This document shows positions 40,564 through 49,083 of a DNA stretch of 64,000 nucleotides, one piece after another (the first letter of the stretch is position 1; each line of letters opens with the position of its first letter). The notes under the pieces are model-generated. The model worked only from the letters and a program-made list of their open reading frames with translations. It had not been told where the DNA came from and searched no databases. The translations under genes and the position numbers were made by a program. This stretch comes from Gemmatimonadota bacterium (GTDB taxonomy: Bacteria; Gemmatimonadota; Gemmatimonadetes; Longimicrobiales; Gaopeijiaceae), in assembly GCA_034521595.1 (NCBI GenBank), contig JAXHMG010000003.1:288001-352000 (forward strand). The letters are read 5' to 3'.

Positions 40564-40853
40564 TCGGCCAGCCGTGACCGGACGATTTCGCGGAGTTCCT
40601 GGGCAACCTGATCATGAGGTATTCCCCGCCCCTCAGCGAGTTCTCGCTCAGAGACTTGGATGTCCCGCAGGACCTCCAACTCCTCGATCAATGCCTCGTA
40701 GTCGGCGGCGCCCAAGAGGACCGCGGAACTGCGACCATGCTGGGTCAAGACGAGCGGACGACCGGTCTCACGCACTTGGTCCACGAAGGACGCAACGTTG
40801 GCACGGAACGCGCTGAGGGGTTGGATGTCTTCGGTGGGCTTGACGGTGGGCAT
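40560..40853 (-). CDS. Phd/YefM antitoxin
   Basis: IQPLSAFRAN...RPLVLTQHGRSSAVLL. Confidence 0.9.
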   Translation of the reverse strand: MPTVKPTEDIQPLSAFRANVASFVDQVRETGRPLVLTQHGRSSAVLLGAADYEALIEELEVLRDIQVSERELAEGRGIPHDQVAQELREIVRSRLAE

Positions 40854-40992
40854 GGCGAGCTCCTTAGGTACACGATACTGTACATACCGTCGTACATAAC
40901 AGGGCCCGAAGCAAGTCGAGGCTGCGGCGGCAGCCGCTTCAGGTCCAACGGATTGGGAATTCTGCTGCGGCTCTCGTCAGGGATGAGTTCAA

Positions 40993-41280
40993 ATGAAGGA
41001 TGAACTATTCAACGAGCTCGTGGAGAGCGTTCGTGAAGGAGGAACGATCCTACGCGGTGAGGCGGACGCTTCCCGCGTCACGGATTGCGAGGATCCCGAC
41101 GTTGCCAGGATTCGCGAGGAGTCTGGACTCTCGCAGACGAAGTTCGCGGCACTCCTGGGGATCAGCGTGCGAACACTCCAGAACTGGGAACAGGGTCGAC
41201 GACACCCTCGGGGTCCGGCCAAGGTGCTTCTTCGCGTCGCGTCGAAGCATCCAAGAGCGGTCCTCGATTCCGTGAAATAG
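40993..41280 (+). CDS. HigA/NadS-like HTH antitoxin
   Basis: LSQTKFAALLGISVRTLQNWEQGRRHP; preceded only by the last codons of a putative toxin (LVRDEFK*). Confidence 0.88.
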   Translation: MKDELFNELVESVREGGTILRGEADASRVTDCEDPDVARIREESGLSQTKFAALLGISVRTLQNWEQGRRHPRGPAKVLLRVASKHPRAVLDSVK

Positions 41281-41331
41281 AGTCGTTACGCGACTCGTCT
41301 CCTGCCTCGGGCGCGATCCCCGACCGGTCAG

Positions 41332-41643
41332 CTAGGGTAACGGGCGTTGACGTACCTGATCCCGGGTCGCAACGGTGAAACGACCTTCGACTTCGATTTC
41401 ATGGTGCTTCAACAAATCCCGCAAAACCCGCGCTGCTTCATCGGGATCGGCCGGAACGAAGCGCAGGTAGATCACACCTGGAGGAGGTGCCAAACCCTGA
41501 CGGAAGATTAGCCTTCCACCTGGTGCCGTCTCGTCTGAAGCTCCAGCACTTGTCTCGGCCACGGACGCAACATCGAATCCTGCTGCCCGAAGTGCATCCA
41601 CCGAAGCGCGGGGAACGTTCTCGTCGGCGAGGAGTCGGTTCAC
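41332..41643 (-). pseudogene. DUF5615 PIN-like toxin with apparent internal deletion
   Basis: LLADENVP, GASD, GVIYLR present; central 'ILLTxDxDF' segment absent. Confidence 0.65.
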
Positions 41644-41879
41644 GCGACACCGAGATCAACCGAATAGAGCGTGTCGTCGTGAAGTACTTCAGAGGCAAAT
41701 GCGAATACCGCCCGCAACGCCTCCGCAGAGAGTTGTGGATAGTTCTGAAGGATTTGATCCTGGGTCCACCCCTCTGCCAGCAGGCCGAGCACGAAATCCA
41801 CGGCGAGGCGCGTGCCCTTGATGACAGGCTTGCCGCCGAGGATCTCCGGGTCGGCATGGATGTGGTTCTGCCAAGTCAT
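41640..41879 (-). CDS. DUF433 antitoxin
   Basis: DPEILGGKPVIKGTRLAV...NYPQL. Confidence 0.9.
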   Translation of the reverse strand: MTWQNHIHADPEILGGKPVIKGTRLAVDFVLGLLAEGWTQDQILQNYPQLSAEALRAVFAFASEVLHDDTLYSVDLGVA

Positions 41880-41952
41880 CGCGCCCCCCTCCGATGAGGT
41901 TCAGTGTCCACTAGAAAATCTAGCTTGACCAGGGGAGTGGCGGGAGCCTCCA

Positions 41953-42307
41953 TGTAGCGGATGCGATTTTCTGGACAAGGGGGCGGCCATATCAGACCGC
42001 AGGCCGGGCATGACGACGGACGAATGGGCGCGGTCCCCGCGGGAGATCGCATCACGGCCGATTGCGAGGCGCCATCCATGGACGCCTGCTGGCCGGCGGC
42101 CGGCAGAGCAGGGAGCACCAACGGAAATGCCAGCGAGAAGGGGGAAGGGACTTCCTGGAACGTCCGTCTGGGCAGGCGACGCTCATCGGCGCCATTCCCC
42201 GTGCGGGCCCGGACCGCGCCGGGTGTCAGCGCACCGCACCTGCCGTGCGCGCGAGCGCGTCAAAGTCTCAACCGTCGCTTGTGTCCAAGATCAAGTCGGT
42301 GGTGACA
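41953..42307. mobile_element. 355-bp non-autonomous IS/MITE-like element
   Basis: Imperfect terminal IRs TGTAGCGG...TTCTGGACA / TGTCCAAG...GGTGACA (TG..CA ends); second partial copy nearby; no transposase. Confidence 0.55.
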
Positions 42308-42335
42308 CGTGCCACCGCCCGACACAGTGCTTGAG

Positions 42336-42493
42336 TTAGCCTGGGCTCGGGTAGGGGACCACGTGCGCCTCGATCCAAGCTTGGAGCTGTTCGCGAGTCC
42401 GTTCGCCTGCAGCTACCGCTAGAACCTCAGATGCGGCGTCGTCGATACCTGCAGCCCACTCGAATCCGTTCCCAGATTGAGATAGCGCGTCAA
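42336..42493 (-). pseudogene. Doc (Fic) toxin remnant
   Basis: Only an RYL start and C-terminal NGFEW...VLAVAAGE..REQLQAWI remain; HPFxDGNKR core missing. Confidence 0.6.
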
Positions 42494-42684
42494 CGCAGGC
42501 GCTCGTATAGCTCCCGGTTCTTCCTGACGAGGCGTGAAGCCACCTGTTCGAAATCAGCCTCCGGCTGGGAAACCAATTCGCGCACTGCCGCTTCAGCAAG
42601 AGTCTCAGCAGGCACTTTAAGGCGCCCGGCGATCTCAGCGAGCCGCCGCTCCTGGGTGTCGGAAAGTTCGATCGCGATTTTCAT
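42490..42684 (-). CDS. Doc-associated antitoxin (RHH-like)
   Basis: Strong SD; ...DFEQVASRLVRKNRELYERLR. Confidence 0.75.
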   Translation of the reverse strand: MKIAIELSDTQERRLAEIAGRLKVPAETLAEAAVRELVSQPEADFEQVASRLVRKNRELYERLR

Positions 42685-42875
42685 GCCTCCTCCTTCGAGC
42701 CGTGTCCGAGGTTCTACTGCCTGAGCTAGCCAACTCTGCTCCCGCCAGGGTCGCTCTGCCCGACCCCTGGGCTTTCTGCAGGTCCACCAGGCCACCGGTG
42801 CACCCGGGGCGGTTCAGTCTCCGCATTCGCGGGGTAGAACCCGTTCGCTAGAGCTTCACATGGGGAGGTTGCGCC

Positions 42876-44150
42876 TCACGATTCGAGAAGACGCGTCGAC
42901 CAGCGCAAGTAGAAGAGGAGATAAGGATCAGGGAGGTCCAGTACGCCGCCGCGCTCATCGTCCCAGTCGAGGGGGCGCTCGAGCGGGAAGTTCCTTTGAG
43001 CAAGCTTGGCCATCTGTTGACAACTGCTGATTACACTTGATCCGACGGGGGCCTCGCCATGACAAATATCGCCTAGTCGTGCTGTAAGGTCCTCATAGGC
43101 CAGTGACAAGATCGGTGGGTCCTGTGCTATCGCCTCAAGGATGGCCCTATAAACGTCTCCACTCGTTCCGTCTACGAAGGAATAAGTCTTCCGTTCCGTC
43201 CCCCGAGTCGCCGGGCCGGTGTCGAGCGCGTCCACAAGTGAACGAAAGTCTGTCATCGTCGATGTCCGTTTGAAGATCGCTTCCAACGCGTCTGAGCCTG
43301 GGGCAAGAGAGGTGGGAACATCTAGCTTTTGTCGCACGTCCATTTCGAAACACGCGTTGAGACAGATGGCCTGCATTAACTGGGGCGAGCCGGAGGCCTC
43401 TTTGACAAGATGGGAGACGGCGAACGAATCGACGGAAGCGTTAAGGAGGCCGAAACCGATATCCGCAATTTGCTGTAGGTATTGAGGCTCCCAGTAGGCG
43501 AAGTCTATCGCTAGGACCCGTCCTCGAAGCTCCGGATTAGCGCGTACGACATCGTCGGATCGGTGAGTCACGGAGGCCGTGATCATACTGACGCCCTGGC
43601 GCACCGCCTCTTTGAGTTGCTTGGCTACTTCATCCTGAACATCACGGGTCATATAGTGGAAGTCGTCGATCAGGACCACGAAGTCCGAATCGGAAATCTC
43701 CTCGATTACCTGTTGCATACCGCGGCGACCACGACTTTCCTCCTCGGCGGCTTCACTCCGATGCCCGAGTTGACCGGAAGCACCAGCCTTACCCTTGGCG
43801 ATGAGGGGCACGCCGGCTTCACCTTCAACTTCAACCGCTGTTCCCAGAGTTCGGGCACTCCTCGATGATTTGGCTTCGGAAGCCGGAACGCTCATCCAGT
43901 CCAGTATTCGATCCCAAAGATCTGACGGATGCGCGATACCTGCGCCCGTTACCGCTGACTGCAGTCGATCCGGGCCAACGACATTCTCGACGAATACCGT
44001 TTTGCCGGACTTTGACGGGCCCGAGATCGAAACCAACTGGCCGGACGTTTCGAGGCCGTCGCGTAGCCGGTCTTCGAGGCCGTATTCCGTACGAGTCACG
44101 TACGTGTGGGTCGGATATGATCCCGGTGTGAATACTTCAGTTGCCCGCAT
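42876..44150 (-). CDS. P-loop ATPase (AAA/STAND-like) of unknown function
   Basis: Walker A GPSKSGKT, Walker B VLIDDFH, GSPQLMQ; lower GC. Confidence 0.85.
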   Translation of the reverse strand: MRATEVFTPGSYPTHTYVTRTEYGLEDRLRDGLETSGQLVSISGPSKSGKTVFVENVVGPDRLQSAVTGAGIAHPSDLWDRILDWMSVPASEAKSSRSARTLGTAVEVEGEAGVPLIAKGKAGASGQLGHRSEAAEEESRGRRGMQQVIEEISDSDFVVLIDDFHYMTRDVQDEVAKQLKEAVRQGVSMITASVTHRSDDVVRANPELRGRVLAIDFAYWEPQYLQQIADIGFGLLNASVDSFAVSHLVKEASGSPQLMQAICLNACFEMDVRQKLDVPTSLAPGSDALEAIFKRTSTMTDFRSLVDALDTGPATRGTERKTYSFVDGTSGDVYRAILEAIAQDPPILSLAYEDLTARLGDICHGEAPVGSSVISSCQQMAKLAQRNFPLERPLDWDDERGGVLDLPDPYLLFYLRWSTRLLES

Positions 44151-44638
44151 CGACCCTCCGAGGTCGCGGTTCCAGCCAACTTTGATTCAGCCCACTCGCG
44201 TATCGGTCCGGTAAGTGAATCAGAGTCTATCGTGTTACGAATGTGTCGTTCTTGTCGCCCTCCGCCCTGTCGGGGGGGGTACTTCAGGGCCGCTTACAAT
44301 GGGCCACGGATTTCGCCGAGGGGCTCGATACCAAAAAGCGACCTAGGCGACCCATGCAGTCTGGCCCCCCGCCGCCCTTCATCTTGGACGTGCGGAGTCC
44401 GACCCGAAAACAACATATCCCACAACATTTGACGTTCAGGTGTTTCCAGCGGGGTCACCACCGAGAGGCCCACCTTACCTTCCCGAGAATACGCTGCACT
44501 TTGCTATCGTGCCACAACAGCTCAAGGCCATGTAGGTGGAGCGGGCGAAGCCCGCGGAAGTGGAAACGTACTTGTTTAAGACGTGTGTCGCCGCTCGACA
44601 AAGCCGCACGGTGAGATCTCCTGGACGCTATATTATGA

Positions 44639-44729
44639 GGCTAATCGTCTTGATCCAGCGTCTCCCGTTGCTGCTGCGCGACGCTAATGATGACCGAGCC
44701 ATCGCAACAGCAGAAAACGCATATTAGCC
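44639..44729 (-). other. Degenerate attC-like palindrome
   Basis: GGCTAAT...ATTAGCC ends with inner CTGCTG/CAGCAG arms; stop codon of upstream gene lies in the inverse core. Confidence 0.55.
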
Positions 44730-45819
44730 AGAGATCGGTTGTTCTGACTCCGAGGGAATCAAGGTCTCTAGCCAATTAACACATTTGCTGGCCGCCTCGG
44801 TATAAGACTTCGAGAGGTCGGATCCGAGATCCGTTCTTCTGCCATCCACCACGCCCACGGCCTTCCCCGTGTGGGCACATGAGTGCCGGGAAAGCCACAA
44901 GTCCGAAACCACAGCATACACGTCCGGCTTTTCCTCCTGCAGCGATCGGCCGACGAATCGTTGCATGTCTTCATGCAGGTGGGAGCGGAGGTCGTCCCCC
45001 TTGAACACCCTCCTCGCCTTAAACTGTGTACCCGGAGCCTTCTGCTCCCAAAGTCTGTCCGCGACGTCCCAAAGCGCCTCCTCGCAGGCGACCGCTGCGT
45101 CCAGGGTGGCTCGCCTAAGGGCTCCCGCGTACGTGTTGTATCGGGCATCCATCAAGAGAAGGTGGTGCACGGCAGGTTCGCGATACTCACTCAGCGCTTC
45201 GACCACCAAGGCCCACGATTCTTGGGTTAGCGCCACCTCATCACCGTGCGCCGTGACCGGACCCATGTAGGCGAACGCGTTCTCTTGCGGCTCACCTACT
45301 TCGTTACTCGGGAAGCTGATCTTCGCATGACCGGAGGGCGGTGGATGTCCGATCCACCACTGTCTAGTATAAAAACGAATCCACGAGATCACTCCGGCCA
45401 CGAAAACGCGTGGACTGAAGTCGGCGTCAGCGTGAAGAACATCGATCCTTAAGGTGTCTGCTGGAAATGGATCGAGCTCTTTGTCAAAGGTGGCGTTCTG
45501 AGCGATGACTACGGAGAATTCGTCTTTGCTGGTGGGGAGGCCCGGGTATGACCGCGGCGATCGGCGCTCTAAGGCGTCTCCGGTCCGGCTGCGCCTTTGC
45601 AAGAAACGGCACACGACTTGGTCGCACGTAAGGCGTTGGTACAAAGTTGGCCTCACCCATTCGGGTAGGGCCATACAGCAGCACTTCAGTATCCCCGACC
45701 GCTACCCCGTCCGCCCTTCGCTGGAGGGCGAACTCTGTCCAGAAACAGTAAGGAAACGTGTAAACGTAACCGTGATATTTGGCCTCGTCCGAGGGTCCTG
45801 AATCGGTTTCGGTGGTCAA
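44724..45819 (-). pseudogene. HEPN (ApeA-like) domain protein, frameshift near 45540
   Basis: SRHSCAH Rx4H motif, AAVACE helix; N-part in 45484..45819 frame with SD + TTG. Confidence 0.6.
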
Positions 45820-46328
45820 AGCCTATCCTCCGTATAACCTATGATTCTCCCGGTCAGCGTATCGGCACGGTCACGGCATGAGCGCCATTATACATGCCCG
45901 AGATGGTATGCTGTCAGGCTGGTGTCATCGAATCAGAGAGCTGCGGATTACCCCGAACCGGTACTTTCGCACGACCCACGACTCTGCAAGTCCGTCGCGT
46001 AGTCCCTCGGGATCCCACCTGAAGACACACGTTCAGACAACTGCCTGCACACGACCTCCACGTATCAGGAACATGCAACCGCCCGACCCATCCGACCCAT
46101 TCACCGTTGGGGAGCGAACGGTTGGCCTTTCGCCGCCATAGCAACCACGCCCACCAATCGTCGCATGCCCCCGCCTCGAACCCGCGCCAAGATCGATCAC
46201 CGACCTTCCATGCCCTCCGCCACCACCCCACCGTAAAAGCCCCCCCACCCCTGCGCCTGTCGCACCCCCATACTACATTGCGCCGCTAGGTTGCGCTTCC
46301 CCTTCCTGACACCGGCCGCTACGCCACG

Positions 46329-47813
46329 ATGACCCTCACCCTCCAACAGCTCGAAACCCACCTCTGGAAGGCCGCCGACATCCTGCGCGGCCGGATCGAT
46401 TCGGGGGAGTACAAGCACTACATCTTCGGGCTGCTGTTCTTCAAGCGGCTGAGCGACGTCTGGCAGGAGGAGTACGAGGAGCGGCTCGAGCGGTACAACG
46501 GCAACGAGGACCTGGCGGCCGACCCCGACGAGCACCGCTTCCACATCCCCGAGGGTCATTTCTGGGACGATGTCCGGACCCAGACGACCGACATCGGGGC
46601 CTCGCTCAACCAGGCGCTCGATGCGATCGAGGACGCGAACCTCCGCCTGAAGGGGATCTTTCAGGACGTCGACTTCAACAACAAGGATCGGTTCACGGAC
46701 GCGGTGCTCGAGGAGCTCCTGCAGCACTTCGACCGGTACCGTCTCCGTCGCTCGGACGCGGAACCCGACGTCCTGGGCGCCGCGTACGAGTATCTCATCG
46801 CGCAGTTCGCGGACGATGCCGGCAAGAAGGGCGGGGAGTTCTACACCCCGAAGATGGTGGTTCGGCTGATCGTCGAGATGCTCCAGCCGGACGATGGGAT
46901 GCACGTCTATGATCCGGCGTGCGGCTCAGGCGGCATGCTCCTGGAGGCGCTTCACTACGTTGAACGCCAAGGCGGCAATCCCAGGTCCCTCAGCTTGTTC
47001 GGCCAGGAGCTCAACCTGAACACCTGGGCGATCTGCCGGATGAACCTGTTCCTGCACGACATCGACGGCGCCGAGATCGCCCGGGGCGACACCCTCCGGG
47101 ACCCGAAGCACCTGACGCCCTCGAACACGCTCCGCCGCTTCGACCGGGTGCTCGCCAATCCCCCGTTCTCGCTGAAGCAGTGGGGGCACAAGGAGTGGAA
47201 GGACGGCGACCGCTTCGGCCGCGACGTCTACGGCTGCCCGCCGAAGTCCTACGGCGACTACGCGTTCGTGCAGCACATGGTGGCGAGCCTGAAGAGCGAT
47301 GGGATGCTCGGCGTCGTCCTGCCGCACGGCGTGCTCTTCCGCGGCGGCGCCGAGGGCCGGATCCGCGAAGGGCTCGTGAAGGACGACCTGATCGAAGCCG
47401 TCGTGGGGCTCGGGCCGCACCTGTTCTACGGCGCGGGCATCCCCGCGTGCATCGTGGTCATCAATCGCGCGAAGCCGGAGGAGCGGAAGGGCAGGGTGCT
47501 CTTCGTCCACGGCGCCGAGGAGCTCGTCGAGGGCAAGGCGCAGAACCACCTCTCCCAGGAGAACGTCGATCGCCTGGCGGCCGCGTTCCACGCCTGGGAG
47601 GACGAGGAACGGTTCTGCCGCGTGGTGGACCTCGATGAGATCGAAAAGAACGACTTCAACCTGAACATCCCGAGGTACGTCGATACCACGGAGCCGGAAG
47701 AGCCGATCGACGTGGCGGAGGAGCTTGGGACGCTGAAGGAGTTGATGGCCGAGCGGGACGAGGCGGAGCGGAAGATGCTCGGGTATCTGGAGGAGTTGGG
47801 GTATGGGGCTTGA
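46329..47813 (+). CDS. hsdM: Type I RM methyltransferase subunit
   Basis: LWKAADILRG, GEFYTP, YDPACGSGG, NPPF. Confidence 0.95.
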   Translation: MTLTLQQLETHLWKAADILRGRIDSGEYKHYIFGLLFFKRLSDVWQEEYEERLERYNGNEDLAADPDEHRFHIPEGHFWDDVRTQTTDIGASLNQALDAIEDANLRLKGIFQDVDFNNKDRFTDAVLEELLQHFDRYRLRRSDAEPDVLGAAYEYLIAQFADDAGKKGGEFYTPKMVVRLIVEMLQPDDGMHVYDPACGSGGMLLEALHYVERQGGNPRSLSLFGQELNLNTWAICRMNLFLHDIDGAEIARGDTLRDPKHLTPSNTLRRFDRVLANPPFSLKQWGHKEWKDGDRFGRDVYGCPPKSYGDYAFVQHMVASLKSDGMLGVVLPHGVLFRGGAEGRIREGLVKDDLIEAVVGLGPHLFYGAGIPACIVVINRAKPEERKGRVLFVHGAEELVEGKAQNHLSQENVDRLAAAFHAWEDEERFCRVVDLDEIEKNDFNLNIPRYVDTTEPEEPIDVAEELGTLKELMAERDEAERKMLGYLEELGYGA

Positions 47814-49076
47814 GCGTGCCGCACCGAGCGACTGGTCGCGAGTTCCGCTCGCTCAGGTGGCTACCGAGGCGAACGATCGCCTCAACGGGAGTGACCTCCC
47901 AATCCTGAGCGTCACCAAGCACGAAGGCATCGTCAGGGCGTCTGAGTACTTCGATCGCACCGTCCATGGTCGAGATACATCCTCGTACAAGCGACTCGGA
48001 GCGGGTCAGTTCGCCTACGCAACAATCCATCTGGATGAAGGATCGATCGACTACCTGACCCCTGACGTGGCGAGCGAAGCTGGATCGGCCGATGTACACC
48101 GGCATTCTCGGTGTCCGGACGGCCGGGTCTGATCCGTACTTCGTTGACGTCGATTGGTGCGTCCTACCGCGCCATGCGATCTGGGATCGCATCGGACAGG
48201 GCGAGCGTCACACGGCGGACAGTCGATCTCACGTCTCGAGGATCTCATGGGAGAACGGCTCCTCCTCCCACCCCTCCCCGAACAACGAAAGATCGCCGCG
48301 ATCCTCTCCAGCGTGGACGACGCCATCGCGGCCACGCGGAAGGTCATCGAGCAGACCGAGCGGGTGAAGCAGGGCCTCCTCCAGACGCTCATGACCCGCG
48401 GGATCGGGCACACCCGGTTCAAGCAGACGGAGATCGGGGAGATTCCGGAGGAGTGGGAGGTGGTGACCCTTGAAGACGTATGTGAGGTCCGGACAGGCGA
48501 CCTACGGAGCCGGTGAACAGTCCAGAGCGGCCGTATCCGTCCGGACTTGCTCCGGTACTCGGGATCGTGAAGCGTCGACGATCGATCGACGACGGATCGC
48601 TACGACGATGCAGCTCGCGGACTTCATCGCCGAGGATGGGCGCAGAACTTCGTGGAGGCGGCGACGTGCTGATCGCCAGTACTGGTCCGCGACCGTGCGG
48701 CAGAGTCTCGGGTCTCGGGAACGCAGGCATGGCGTCCTAGTGCACGACTATCGCGATCAGGTGTCGCGCCGAACCGAACGGCTCTCTGCTCGGTACTCTG
48801 GATGCTGTGGCGCACTCTCCCGGACATTGAGCTGAGTGGCGAGACACAGCTGCGGCATGGCCGCAGCCCAACGATCGATGCTACGGAGTATCGAGCTCAC
48901 GCCGATCGCGCTGCCTCCGGTGTTCGGAGCAGGAGCTGATTCGCGGAACGATGCTCGAGCGATCGAGTCGAGTCCTCGAAGCGCCGCTCGAGGCGATGGA
49001 CCGCCGCCTCGAACTCCTCAAACGCGGCCTCCTCCAGGACCTCCTCACCGGCCGCGTCCGCGTGACCCCGGACTGA
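47803..49076 (+). pseudogene. hsdS: Type I RM specificity subunit with multiple frameshifts in both TRDs
   Basis: PPLPEQRKIAAILSSVD...GEIPEEW and LKRGLLQDLLTGRVRV conserved segments intact, TRDs broken. Confidence 0.85.
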
Positions 49077-49083
49077 CGCGCCG

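Noticed and set aside
47803-49076. hsdS inversion shufflon
   Set aside because: No inverted silent TRD copies, inverted repeats or invertase were visible.
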